Positions 52,330-61,919 of a stretch of 64,000 bases of DNA are shown piece after piece. The DNA is from an uncultured Gemmatimonadales bacterium. Its GTDB lineage: Bacteria; Gemmatimonadota; Gemmatimonadetes; Gemmatimonadales; GWC2-71-9. The stretch is from NCBI GenBank assembly GCA_963795085.1, contig CAWCFX010000003.1, forward strand, positions 259,411 through 323,410. The letters run 5' to 3'. Position numbers and translations under genes: made by a program. A model generated the notes under the pieces. That model ran no database searches, was not told the DNA's origin, and saw only the letters and a list, made by a program, of their open reading frames with translations. Each line of letters opens with the position of its first letter. Within the stretch, counting starts at the first letter, position 1.

Positions 52330-53727
52330 TCAGGCCACGTCCCCCGTCCTCCGGTTCCTGACCTCCTGCAATTCAAACCCCGGGCGGCCCATGGCGGCGT
52401 AGGTGAGCCGCTTGCCCAGTTCCACCCCGGGCTGATCGAACGGGTTGACCCCGTACCAGACGCCGGCGTACCCGGTGGCCAGCTGGTAGAACATGATCAG
52501 GTGGCCCAGGGATTCCGCGGTGAGCACCGGCAGCTGCACCGTCATGTTCATCCGGCCGGCGCTGGAGAGCGCGGCCGCGGTGGCTTCGAACTCGGCGCGA
52601 AGCAGGCCGCCCAGCGTGTGGCCCGGCAGGTAGGCCAGCTCCGCCGGGAGGGAAGGCAGTCCGGGTATGGTGACGTCCTCGCCGAACTCGTTCACGGTCA
52701 GGAAGGTGACCACCTTGTCATAGGGCCCCTCCATGAACAGCTGCACCTGGCTGTGCTGGTCGGTGGCACCCACCGAGGCAAGCGGCGTGGGGCCGGTGAA
52801 CACCGCGTGCCCGCCCCGGCTTTCCCGCTTGCCCAGGCTCTCGGCCCACAGCTGGCGGAACCACTCGGCGAATTCCCGAAGCCGGTCGGTGTAGGGCATC
52901 AGGACGTGAATCCGGGCGCCCTGCGTCGCGTCCGCCGACCAGAGCAGGGCCGCGTAGAGGGCGGCGCGGTTGTGCAGCAAGTCGGGCTCATCAGCGTTCT
53001 CGACCGCCGTGCGGGCGCCTTCGAGGAGCGCGGCGATATCGATGCCGACCAGCGCCGCCGGCAGCAGCCCCACCGGCGACAGGACGCTGAACCGCCCCCC
53101 CACGGAGGGCGGGACATTGAGCGTGGCGATCCCATCGGCCTGGGCGATCTCCCGGAGGGCGCCCTTCTCAGGGTCGGTGGTAAACACCAGGTGGCGCACC
53201 GCCGCCGAGCCGAGGGCATCTTCCAGCCACTGCCGGATTACCAGATACTGGGCCATCGTCTCGGCGGTGCCGCCCGATTTGCTGATCACGTTCACCAGTA
53301 CCCGCCGGGGATCGATCCGGCGCAGCGCGGCGGCGATGGTCGTCGGATCGACGTTGTCGAGGACGGTGAGCCGGGGAAAGAACTCCCGGCCTTCATCGTC
53401 CAGCTCGTTCCACGCGGGAGGTCGCAGCGCGTTGAGCAGCGCCTTGGCGCCCAGGGCGGAGCCGCCGATTCCCAGGACCACGACGTGGTCATGCGCCTGG
53501 CCCAGCCCCTCGGCGAAACCCGCGATACTCTTCACGGTGGCGTCCTGCTCCGCCAGGCCGTAGAACCCGTACTCCCCCTCGGCGCGGCGAGCCCGGACTT
53601 CGGCCTGGACGTCCCGAAACCGGGACTCCAGCTCCTCGAGGCGGGCGCGAGAGAGTCCGTGCTCCCCGTCGAGGCCGTCCTGCATCATCCGTCCGTAACT
53701 CAGTTTCATCGTCGCGCTCCAGTGCAT
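52330..53727 (-). CDS. pgi: glucose-6-phosphate isomerase (alternative start MKLSYG at 53709)
   Basis: VVVLGIGGSALGAKAL, VNVISKSGGTAET, GGRFSVLSPVGLLPAAL, NPFDQPGVELGK. Confidence 0.85.
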   Translation of the reverse strand: MHWSATMKLSYGRMMQDGLDGEHGLSRARLEELESRFRDVQAEVRARRAEGEYGFYGLAEQDATVKSIAGFAEGLGQAHDHVVVLGIGGSALGAKALLNALRPPAWNELDDEGREFFPRLTVLDNVDPTTIAAALRRIDPRRVLVNVISKSGGTAETMAQYLVIRQWLEDALGSAAVRHLVFTTDPEKGALREIAQADGIATLNVPPSVGGRFSVLSPVGLLPAALVGIDIAALLEGARTAVENADEPDLLHNRAALYAALLWSADATQGARIHVLMPYTDRLREFAEWFRQLWAESLGKRESRGGHAVFTGPTPLASVGATDQHSQVQLFMEGPYDKVVTFLTVNEFGEDVTIPGLPSLPAELAYLPGHTLGGLLRAEFEATAAALSSAGRMNMTVQLPVLTAESLGHLIMFYQLATGYAGVWYGVNPFDQPGVELGKRLTYAAMGRPGFELQEVRNRRTGDVA

Positions 53728-53760
53728 GGGAAGGAGCCAGCCGGCCTGCCGGGTCGCCCG

Positions 53761-54534
53761 CTAGATGGCGACACTGAGCCCATCGTAGGCGGGCCGGACG
53801 CCGGGCGGAAGGCTGGCCGCCAGTTCCGCGTGGCCGGTCTCGTGGGTCAGGTGGGTCAGAAACGTCTTCTCCGCGCCGAGGGCCTGGGCGGTGGCGACCG
53901 CCTCGGGGATGCTCATGTGGGTGGGATGGGAACGCCACCAGAGGGCGTTCAGCACCAGCACCCGGACCCCACGCAGGAGAGCCATCTCGGCGTCGCCCAC
54001 CGCCTTGACGTCCGTAAGATAGGCCAGGTCGCCGAACCGGTATCCGTACACCCGCAGGTGACCGTGGCGAAAAGCCAGCGGCAGCACCGGGATCCCGGCG
54101 ATCGTCACGGCGGTCCCCGGTTCCAGCGGGTGCAGGGCCAGCTGGGGTTTCGAGGTGCCCGCGTAGACCTGGGCATCGGCGTCGAAAATGTACCGGAAGG
54201 TTCCCTGCAGCCGCTCCAGGGTCTCGGGGGGGCCGTAGACCGGGAGCGCCCGGCGCTGCCGCACCGAGAAGATCCGCAGGTCATCGATGCCGTGAGTGTG
54301 ATCGGCGTGTTCGTGCGTGTAGAGCACGGCGTCGGCGCGGTTGACCCCGGCGGCGACCAGCTGGAGCCGAAGCTCGGGCGGGGTGTCAATCAGAATCGTG
54401 CCCGTATCCGTCTCGACCACCGCGCCGGACCGGCTGCGCCGGTCGCGGGGGTCCGGTGAGCCGCAGACCGCACAGGAACAGCCGACCTGGGGAATGCCGA
54501 AGCTGGTGCCGGTCCCCAGAAAGGTCAGCTTCAC
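53761..54534 (-). CDS. MBL-fold metallo-hydrolase (PhnP/GPDQ-like)
   Basis: MKLTFLGTGTSFGIPQVGCSCAVC..., HxHxDH motif (YTHEHADHTHG), C-terminal THLTHE. Confidence 0.8.
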   Translation of the reverse strand: MKLTFLGTGTSFGIPQVGCSCAVCGSPDPRDRRSRSGAVVETDTGTILIDTPPELRLQLVAAGVNRADAVLYTHEHADHTHGIDDLRIFSVRQRRALPVYGPPETLERLQGTFRYIFDADAQVYAGTSKPQLALHPLEPGTAVTIAGIPVLPLAFRHGHLRVYGYRFGDLAYLTDVKAVGDAEMALLRGVRVLVLNALWWRSHPTHMSIPEAVATAQALGAEKTFLTHLTHETGHAELAASLPPGVRPAYDGLSVAI

Positions 54535-54564
54535 GGGGCGGGCAGCCGGCAGGTCGCCCGGCAG

Positions 54565-56028
54565 CTACACATGCTCGACCTTGAGAAGGTTGGTCGTGCC
54601 GGGGACGTCAAAGGGGACCCCGGCGGTTACCACCACGGCCTGGCCCGGCTCCGCCAGCTTGTGCTCCAGGATCCGCTGCCGGGCCACGGTGAGCATGGAG
54701 TCGTAGTTGGGCAGGTGGTCCACGTGGACCGGGATGACGCCCCAGACCAGCGAGAGTTGCCGGAACGTTTCGATCTCCGGTGTCACCGCGAAGATGGGGA
54801 CCGGTGGCCGGTACGAGGAGACCTTCCGGGCGGTGAACCCGCTGCTGGTGAAGCAGACGATAAGCGGCGTGGTGAGCAGTTCGGCCGCCACGCATACCGC
54901 CAGGCCGATGGCGTCCTCGGTGCGAACCGGGGCGGCCCGGGGTGCCGCCACCCGGTCGCCGTCTTCGCCCTTGCGGCGGGAATGGCCGACCGCCGCCTCG
55001 TAGGAAGGGCTCCGCCCCCGCTGGTTGGCTTCCATTTCTCGGGCGATCCGGTCCATCGCGCGGACCGCTTCGACCGGGAATGACCCCACCGCGGTCTCCG
55101 CCGAGAGCATCACCGCATCGGTCCCGTCCAGAATGGCGTTGGCCACGTCGCTCGCCTCGGCCCGGGTGGGCCGGGGCGCGTGCACCATGGACTCCAGCAT
55201 CTGGGTGGCGGTGATCACCGGCTTGCCCTGGAGATTGGCCTCCCGGATCAGCCGTTTCTGCACCAGCGGCACCTCCTCGAACGGCAGCTCGACGCCGAGG
55301 TCGCCCCGGGCGACCATGATGGCATCGGAGGCTTCGATGATGGTGGACAGGTTGCGGACCGCGGTGTCCTTTTCGATCTTGGCGACCAGCCGGATCGACT
55401 TGGGAACCAGGGCGCGGAGCTCTTCCATGTCCTCGGGACGGCGGACGAACGAGAGGGCGATGAAGTCCACTCCCTGGCGCACCGCCCGCTGGACATCCTC
55501 CCGGTCCCGCTCGGTCAGCGCGGGGGCGCTGACCTCGATGCCTGGCAGGTTCATGCCCTTGTTGCTCTTGAGGTCGCCGCCGTACACCACGAGGCCGCGC
55601 ACCTTGTTGCCGGTCACCCCGGTCACCGTGACCTCGAGCAATCCGTCATCCAGCAGGATGCGGGCGCCGGCGCTCACGTCCTTGGCAAGGTCTTCGTACG
55701 TAGTCGGAATTTCGCGGGGACCCGCGCTGCTTTCGGGGGCGAACACCACTTCGCTGCCGGGATCGAGCCGGAGCGGCGCCGGGAGCGTCCCCACCCGGAT
55801 CCGGGGGCCCTGCAGGTCTAGGAGGATCGCCGCCGACGAGCGCCGGGCCTGGAACACGGCCTTGAGATCGGCGATCCAGCTTTCCCGGATGGCCGGCGTC
55901 CCGTGCGACGCATTGATGCGGACCACGTTGACGCCCGCATCGAGCAGCGAGGTGATTTTCTCCTGTCCCGCCCAGGCGGGGCCCAGGGTGGCGACGATCT
56001 TGGTGCGGCGAGGCGCGGTTCGGTTCAT
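54565..56028 (-). CDS. pyk: pyruvate kinase
   Basis: Part of ORF 54565..56508, start at MNRTAPRRTKIVATLGPA (complement of 56026-56028). RINASHG, LLDLQGPRIRVG, MVARGDLGVE, ATQMLESM, and a C-terminal alpha/beta domain. Confidence 0.9.
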   Translation of the reverse strand: MNRTAPRRTKIVATLGPAWAGQEKITSLLDAGVNVVRINASHGTPAIRESWIADLKAVFQARRSSAAILLDLQGPRIRVGTLPAPLRLDPGSEVVFAPESSAGPREIPTTYEDLAKDVSAGARILLDDGLLEVTVTGVTGNKVRGLVVYGGDLKSNKGMNLPGIEVSAPALTERDREDVQRAVRQGVDFIALSFVRRPEDMEELRALVPKSIRLVAKIEKDTAVRNLSTIIEASDAIMVARGDLGVELPFEEVPLVQKRLIREANLQGKPVITATQMLESMVHAPRPTRAEASDVANAILDGTDAVMLSAETAVGSFPVEAVRAMDRIAREMEANQRGRSPSYEAAVGHSRRKGEDGDRVAAPRAAPVRTEDAIGLAVCVAAELLTTPLIVCFTSSGFTARKVSSYRPPVPIFAVTPEIETFRQLSLVWGVIPVHVDHLPNYDSMLTVARQRILEHKLAEPGQAVVVTAGVPFDVPGTTNLLKVEHV

Positions 56029-56053
56029 TTTCGAAGCATCGGTGAACAATAGA

Positions 56054-57622
56054 TCACGCGGCGAACGGGGAATTATACACCACCTCGCCGCCGACCACCG
56101 TGAGCAGCACGGCGGCCTGCCGAAAACCGGCCCCGCCTTCCCCGGACAGTGCCGCCCCGTCCCACACCACCAGGTCCGCGTCCATCCCGGGGGCCAGCCG
56201 TCCCCGCCGCCCGCCCACCCCCGCCGCGATCGCGGGCCCCGCCGTATAGGCGGCGATGGCGGCCTGAAGCGCGATCCTCTCGCCGGGGTACCAGGCCGGC
56301 GCACCAGCCTCGGCCCGGCGTTCGGTGGCGGCGAAAACTCCTTCACGAGGGTCCAGGCTGGCGACCGGGGTGTCGCTGCCAAAAGCCAGAAGCGCGCCTC
56401 GTTCCAGCAGCGAGGCAAAGGCGTATGCCCCGGCGCCCCGACCTCCCCAGTGCCTGTCGGCCAGCGGAATATCCGTGAGCAGGTGAGCCGGCTGCATGGA
56501 AAGGACAATGCCGTGGCGGGCGGCCCGATCGAGGTCGGCGGGGTGGACGCACTGGAAATGCTCGATCCGGTGGGGAATCGCAGTCCGGGGGAGATCCTCC
56601 ATCAGGTCCAGGGCCCGGCGGACGGCGGCGTCGCCGATGGCGTGGACCACTGACGCGAGTCCGCTCCGGGCGGCCAATGCCGTCGCGGCCCGGGCGGTCG
56701 CCTCCTCGCTGATCGGCATGCCCCGTTCCCGGCTGCCTTCGTAGGGGGCCAGCATCCACGCCGTGCGGCTGCCCAGGCTCCCATCGAGAAACATCTTGAC
56801 CCCGCCGTGGGTCAGCCAGTCCCCGCCCGCGCCGCTCCGGACTTGGTCCCGGACCAGGCGCTCCAGGTCGACGACCGGGTGATGGAACAACACCCGCAAC
56901 CGGAGCCGGTCGGTCTCCACCAGGCGGCTGAAGGCCTCATAGGCCAGGTGGTTCTCCACGTCGTGAATGCCGGTAATACCTAACCGGTGGGCCTCGGCCT
57001 GGCCCTCGAGGAGCGCGGTGACCACCCGGTCCAGCGGGGGATCGGGCAGGAGGTCCCGCACCAGGTCCACAGCCCGCTCCAGAAGCAGCCCGGTCGGCTG
57101 GCCGGCCCCATCACGAACAATCTTCCCGCCAAAGGGATCGGGGGTCCGGGGACCAATGCCCGCCAACCGAAGCGCCGCGGTGTTGACCCAGGCGGCGTGC
57201 ACATCAACAGAATGGAGAAAGACCGGGGCTCCCTGGACCCCATCCAGGGCCGCACGCTCGGGCGGCTCCGCCCAGCCGTTCGAATCCCACCCCTGGCCGG
57301 TAACCCAGCCATCCAGGGGAGCGACCAGGGCCACCCGGGCCAGAGCCTCCGCTCGCGTCGAGGCGCCGGCCAGTTGCACCTGGTGACGGCCCAGCGCCCA
57401 CATGGCAAAGTGAGTGTGGCTGTCCACGAACCCCGGGGTCACCAACCCACCGGCAAAGTCGTAATGGGGGGTCCCCACGGGCAGATGTCCCGCCAGGTCC
57501 CTGCTCGACCCAACCTCCACGATCCGGCCGTCCTGCCACCAGAGGCTGTCAACCGGACCCGAACTATCCACTGAGAAGACTCGGCTGGCCCGGATGAACC
57601 CTGTCCTGGGGAAGAATGCCAT
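56054..57622 (-). CDS. amidohydrolase family protein (Amidohydro_3-type metal-dependent hydrolase)
   Basis: Part of ORF 56054..57676, ATG at 57622. GGLVTPGFVDSHTHF (HxH), VHAIGD, IEHFQ, FGSDTPV. Confidence 0.8.
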   Translation of the reverse strand: MAFFPRTGFIRASRVFSVDSSGPVDSLWWQDGRIVEVGSSRDLAGHLPVGTPHYDFAGGLVTPGFVDSHTHFAMWALGRHQVQLAGASTRAEALARVALVAPLDGWVTGQGWDSNGWAEPPERAALDGVQGAPVFLHSVDVHAAWVNTAALRLAGIGPRTPDPFGGKIVRDGAGQPTGLLLERAVDLVRDLLPDPPLDRVVTALLEGQAEAHRLGITGIHDVENHLAYEAFSRLVETDRLRLRVLFHHPVVDLERLVRDQVRSGAGGDWLTHGGVKMFLDGSLGSRTAWMLAPYEGSRERGMPISEEATARAATALAARSGLASVVHAIGDAAVRRALDLMEDLPRTAIPHRIEHFQCVHPADLDRAARHGIVLSMQPAHLLTDIPLADRHWGGRGAGAYAFASLLERGALLAFGSDTPVASLDPREGVFAATERRAEAGAPAWYPGERIALQAAIAAYTAGPAIAAGVGGRRGRLAPGMDADLVVWDGAALSGEGGAGFRQAAVLLTVVGGEVVYNSPFAA

Positions 57623-57668
57623 GGAGCGAAGATAGCGGGGGAAAGGCACTTCCCAACGGTTGTCTACG

Positions 57669-57913
57669 TTTTCCACATTGTTGAACCCACATGGCTCAAC
57701 AGCCCCGAAATCCGCTCACCCGGGTTTGCCGGAGTTTCAAACATCCAAGTTGAAAAATCGAGTTGTCAACATGGAAAAGCCGAAACTCCGTGGAAACCTT
57801 GAATTATCATCTTCTCGCACAAGCGTTTATAGGACCGCCTTATTATCCACTTGAGGTGAGATTCGTAAGCCCTTTATTAACATAGATATCGATGGCACAG
57901 TGAATGTGGAAAA
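57669..57913. promoter_or_regulatory. cluster of five DnaA-box-like 9-mers in an AT-rich intergenic island (candidate oriC / DnaA-binding locus)
   Basis: TTTTCCACA (57669-57677, +). TTTTCCATG (reverse complement of 57770-57778). GTTTCCACG (reverse complement of 57789-57797). TTATCCACT (57843-57851, +). TTTTCCACA (reverse complement of 57905-57913). The consensus used is TTWTNCACA. AT-rich tracts lie at 57811-57826 and 57870-57895. Confidence 0.5.
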
Positions 57914-57940
57914 GCCCCTGGCGACAGTGTCGTCAGGGGC
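57906..57940 (-). terminator. Rho-independent terminator after the ydjM-like gene
   Basis: On the minus strand: GCCCCTGACGAC-ACT-GTCGCCAGGGGC, a 12-bp stem including one G-U pair (57914-57940), followed by TTTTCC (complement of 57908-57913). It lies 29 nt downstream of the stop at 57969. Confidence 0.7.
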
Positions 57941-57968
57941 CGGGCGAATATTCATGATCAGTGAATAA

Positions 57969-58517
57969 TCAGGAAACGGCGTCTTCGACCGCGCTCTTTC
58001 TCTCCCGCCGGGGGAAGAAGGCAAGCAGGGCATACACCAGGAGCGGCAGGAAGATCAGCGTCTCCGTCACCAGGGTCGGAATCGCCTGGACTGTCAGGTA
58101 GTGGGCGGCGTTCAGCACGCCCGGGATGGGCCGCCAGAGAAACTCATAACTCTGGGTGGAAAAGGGCCAAAGCAGCATCGGCCCGTTCCCCAGTTGGCTC
58201 ATGGTATCCAGGAGGCCATGGCTGGCCAGGGCTAAGGCCACAGTGCCCCCGGACCAGAAGCGTGCCCCTGCCCCGCCTCTCGCAACCAGCAGGCCTATGA
58301 TCCCCAGGGTCACCGCGAACAGGATGGAATGGGTGATACCCCGGTGGGCGAGCGGGGTGTTCGGGAGGACCCCGAAGAGGCCGGCCAGGAGGTCCAGGTC
58401 AGGGGCGACCGCCAAGGCGGCAAACCCGATGATTGCGGGCCGGGGGTTCCGGCCCGTCCCACGGCTATACAGGGCGCCGAGGGCGGCCCCCGCGGCGAGA
58501 TGTCCGATGCTTGCCAT
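57969..58517 (-). CDS. membrane-bound metal-dependent hydrolase, YdjM/DUF457 family
   Basis: Part of ORF 57969..58568, ATG at 58517. MASIGHLAAGAALGALY..., PDLDLL, HRGITHS, and several TM helices. Confidence 0.7.
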   Translation of the reverse strand: MASIGHLAAGAALGALYSRGTGRNPRPAIIGFAALAVAPDLDLLAGLFGVLPNTPLAHRGITHSILFAVTLGIIGLLVARGGAGARFWSGGTVALALASHGLLDTMSQLGNGPMLLWPFSTQSYEFLWRPIPGVLNAAHYLTVQAIPTLVTETLIFLPLLVYALLAFFPRRERKSAVEDAVS

Positions 58518-58540
58518 GCCCCACCCTTCAGGTGAAACCC

Positions 58541-58562
58541 CCGGGACACCGAAGTGCCCCGG
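58541..58562 (-). other. 9-bp stem-loop with UUCG tetraloop between the hypothetical gene and the ydjM-like gene
   Basis: On the minus strand: CCGGGGCAC-TTCG-GTGTCCCGG (one G-U pair), followed by GGGTTTC. It lies 75-96 nt downstream of the stop at 58637 and 24 nt upstream of the ydjM-like ATG. Confidence 0.35.
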
Positions 58563-58636
58563 AGTCATGAATCAACCGGCTTCTGGGAGTTTAGGCAGGG
58601 GGAAGAACTGTGCCAATGGGGCCCGGCCCCCCGGGA

Positions 58637-59482
58637 TCAGCGGGAGAAAGTCAGGGTACCGGTACCACCCCAGGATATCGGCCCCACCATCCTGATGGGA
58701 GATGCCCGGAGGCTCTTGGCCAGATCGTCGTTCCCGGCGATCTGCAGGGACCCGGCGACATTCTGCCGTTTCTCGGCCCGAAGATCGAGGCTGCCCCGGA
58801 TCCTGGCCCCCCGCGAATTGAGGCCGAGCCAGATCTGTCCCACCGCCGGGGCAGCTCCTGCGGAATCTCCCGCCAGGTGCCCGTCCCAGGTGATGATCGT
58901 TTTGCCCATGGCGACCCGGTACCGGTCATCGGAATGCTCGGGGACCTTACCCATGGCCGGCTCAGCGTGCTCTACCCTGATGAGGGAGGTCTCGGCCAGC
59001 CGAATCATCCGCCAGTTGGGGCTGCGGAGGGTCGCCATGTAGTAGGCGGGGGTGGAATCCTCACCGGGGCGGCTCCCCGCGGCACCGATCAGCCAGACGC
59101 CGAGGTACTGGCGTTTGTCCGGTTCCGGGTTGGCATCGCCCAGCACCTGGTCGCCGATCTTGACCTGGTCGGAATAGAAGGAACACCAGAGGGCCGGCAC
59201 CCAGGCCTGGAACTCTGGCTCTCCGGCCACCAGGTGGGAGATCGCCGGGGAGAGGCTGGGGAATGCGGCGGCCCTGACGGGCCGGTACTCGCGCGGCAGT
59301 TCCTTGTCGGCGGCCACGGAATCCATCAGGAAATGAACACACCAGGCTGCCCGGATGTTTTGCAGGGTCCATTCCTGCAGCGCCTGGCCGGACTCCTGGG
59401 CTCCCAGCGGCGCGCCCCCCAGGGCCAGCGCGAAGCCCAACAGCAGCGGCCGATACCACCGGTTGGAACGCAACAGAGCCAC
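58637..59482 (-). CDS. hypothetical secreted protein
   Basis: 281-aa ORF with GTG start. Signal-like RPLLLGFALALGGAPLGAQE. No family recognised. Confidence 0.5.
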   Translation of the reverse strand: MALLRSNRWYRPLLLGFALALGGAPLGAQESGQALQEWTLQNIRAAWCVHFLMDSVAADKELPREYRPVRAAAFPSLSPAISHLVAGEPEFQAWVPALWCSFYSDQVKIGDQVLGDANPEPDKRQYLGVWLIGAAGSRPGEDSTPAYYMATLRSPNWRMIRLAETSLIRVEHAEPAMGKVPEHSDDRYRVAMGKTIITWDGHLAGDSAGAAPAVGQIWLGLNSRGARIRGSLDLRAEKRQNVAGSLQIAGNDDLAKSLRASPIRMVGPISWGGTGTLTFSR

Positions 59483-59551
59483 CCGTCCTCCTCGGTTGGA
59501 GATTGTCAGTGAGTAGTGGGGACGAACGAGCGCCGAAACCCTGTACGGTTC

Positions 59552-60130
59552 CTATCCCTGCCGCGCTTCACGAACAGCGGCGGCCAGCTCGTCGTAGGCG
59601 CGGCGATCCAGGGCGCCGAAGCGGAGGTTGCGCCAGCGAACCCGCCCCTCGCGGTCGATGACGTAAACGCTGCGCCGCATGGTCCCCTCGGTCCCATTGC
59701 TGCCATAGCGTCGGGCCACCGCCTGCGCCGGATCGCTCAGCAGCCGGAAGGGAATGCCCAGACTGGAAGCAAACGCCATGTGCGTCTCAAGGCTGTCCAC
59801 GCTGATGCCGACCACCTCGACGTCGGCGCCGAAGAGGCGGGCGAACTGGTCGGTGAAGGTGCGCATCTGGGCGGTGCAGCCGGAGGTAAAGTCCCGGGGA
59901 TAAAACGCCAGCACCACCACCTTGCCGCGGAGATGGCCCAGCCGGAAGGGCTCGGCCCGGGGTCCCACGCTGTCCCGGGTGGCCCAGGGCAGCGTGAACT
60001 CAGGTGCCATCTCGCCCGCCTCGGGGCCGGAGATCAGGCTCGCGGTGGGTTCACCCGGGGGGGTGGCCGTCTGGGCGGCAAGGGGCGTGGACAGGGCCAC
60101 CCAGCAGGCGGCCAGGAGCAGGACGCGCAT
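59552..60130 (-). CDS. bcp: secreted peroxiredoxin, Bcp/AhpC-TSA family
   Basis: ORF 59552..60157. The internal ATG at 60130 gives signal peptide MRVLLLAACWVALSTPLAAQ. Peroxidatic motif FYPRDFTSGCT, plus VVGISVD and FRLLSD. Confidence 0.8.
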   Translation of the reverse strand: MRVLLLAACWVALSTPLAAQTATPPGEPTASLISGPEAGEMAPEFTLPWATRDSVGPRAEPFRLGHLRGKVVVLAFYPRDFTSGCTAQMRTFTDQFARLFGADVEVVGISVDSLETHMAFASSLGIPFRLLSDPAQAVARRYGSNGTEGTMRRSVYVIDREGRVRWRNLRFGALDRRAYDELAAAVREARQG

Positions 60131-60153
60131 GAATAGACCATCTCTCTCTGAAG

Positions 60154-60653
60154 TCATGGATTCTGAGTCACCCGCGCCAGGGCGCTTTCGAAGCGCTGGG
60201 AGGTTCCCAGCCCGGTGTAGGCCACCTTGCCCTGGGCGTCGATGATGACGATGTAGGACGTCTGCGCCGCATCGTATCCGCGCACGCTCACGCCGTCGGC
60301 ATCATAGACCACCAGGAACGGCACCGGGTGCTCCGCCAGCCAGGCCCGAACCTCCTCGGGAGTCTGGCCGACGGCGATGTTGACACCGATAAAGGCCACC
60401 CGGTCACCGTACAGTTGGTGAGCCGCCTCCACCCTGGGCATCAGCGCCTTGCAGACGTCGCACCAGGTCGCCCAGAACTCGATGAAGACCGGTTTGCGGC
60501 CGATGTATTGCCCCAGGTCCACCGGCCGGCCATCCAGGTCGGGGATGGTCACGGCCGGGGCGCTGGCGCCCACCGAGATTCCCTCCACCTGGGCCGCGGC
60601 CGGCAAGGGTCCGAGCAGCAGGGCAGCAATGACCGCCAGGCTGCACCGCCTTG

Positions 60654-60657
<4 letters not shown>
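60154..60657 (-). CDS. TlpA/ResA-like thiol:disulfide oxidoreductase (thioredoxin fold)
   Basis: Signal peptide [23 protein letters not shown]. CxxC active site [10 protein letters not shown]. Start overlaps the ispG 3' end by 4 nt. Confidence 0.8.
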
Positions 60658-61898
<1,241 letters not shown>

Positions 61899-61919
61899 GC
61901 CCGGAATATAAGCGGGCCG

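Noticed and set aside
56029-56508. N-terminal 160-codon extension of the pyruvate kinase ORF, running into the amidohydrolase gene
   Set aside because: Pyruvate kinase homology starts at MNRTAPRRTKIVATLGP (56028). The extension is Pro/Arg/Trp-rich and lies out of frame inside the 3' end of the co-directional amidohydrolase gene.
57660-57854. 64-aa ORF inside the AT-rich island (MSTFSTLLNPHGSTAPKS...)
   Set aside because: It has no RBS, its codon composition is unlike the rest of the window, and it is the only open frame by chance in an AT-rich non-coding stretch. I also checked the island by eye for tRNA, tmRNA and RNase P hallmarks and found none.
57623-57968. AT-rich island as a horizontally acquired or mobile element remnant (MITE with TTTTCCACA terminal inverted repeats)
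   Set aside because: No target-site duplication, transposase or other copy is visible in the window, and the inverted 9-mers coincide with the DnaA-box consensus. The DnaA-binding interpretation explains all five sites, so the MITE idea was set aside. A genome-wide copy search could revive it.
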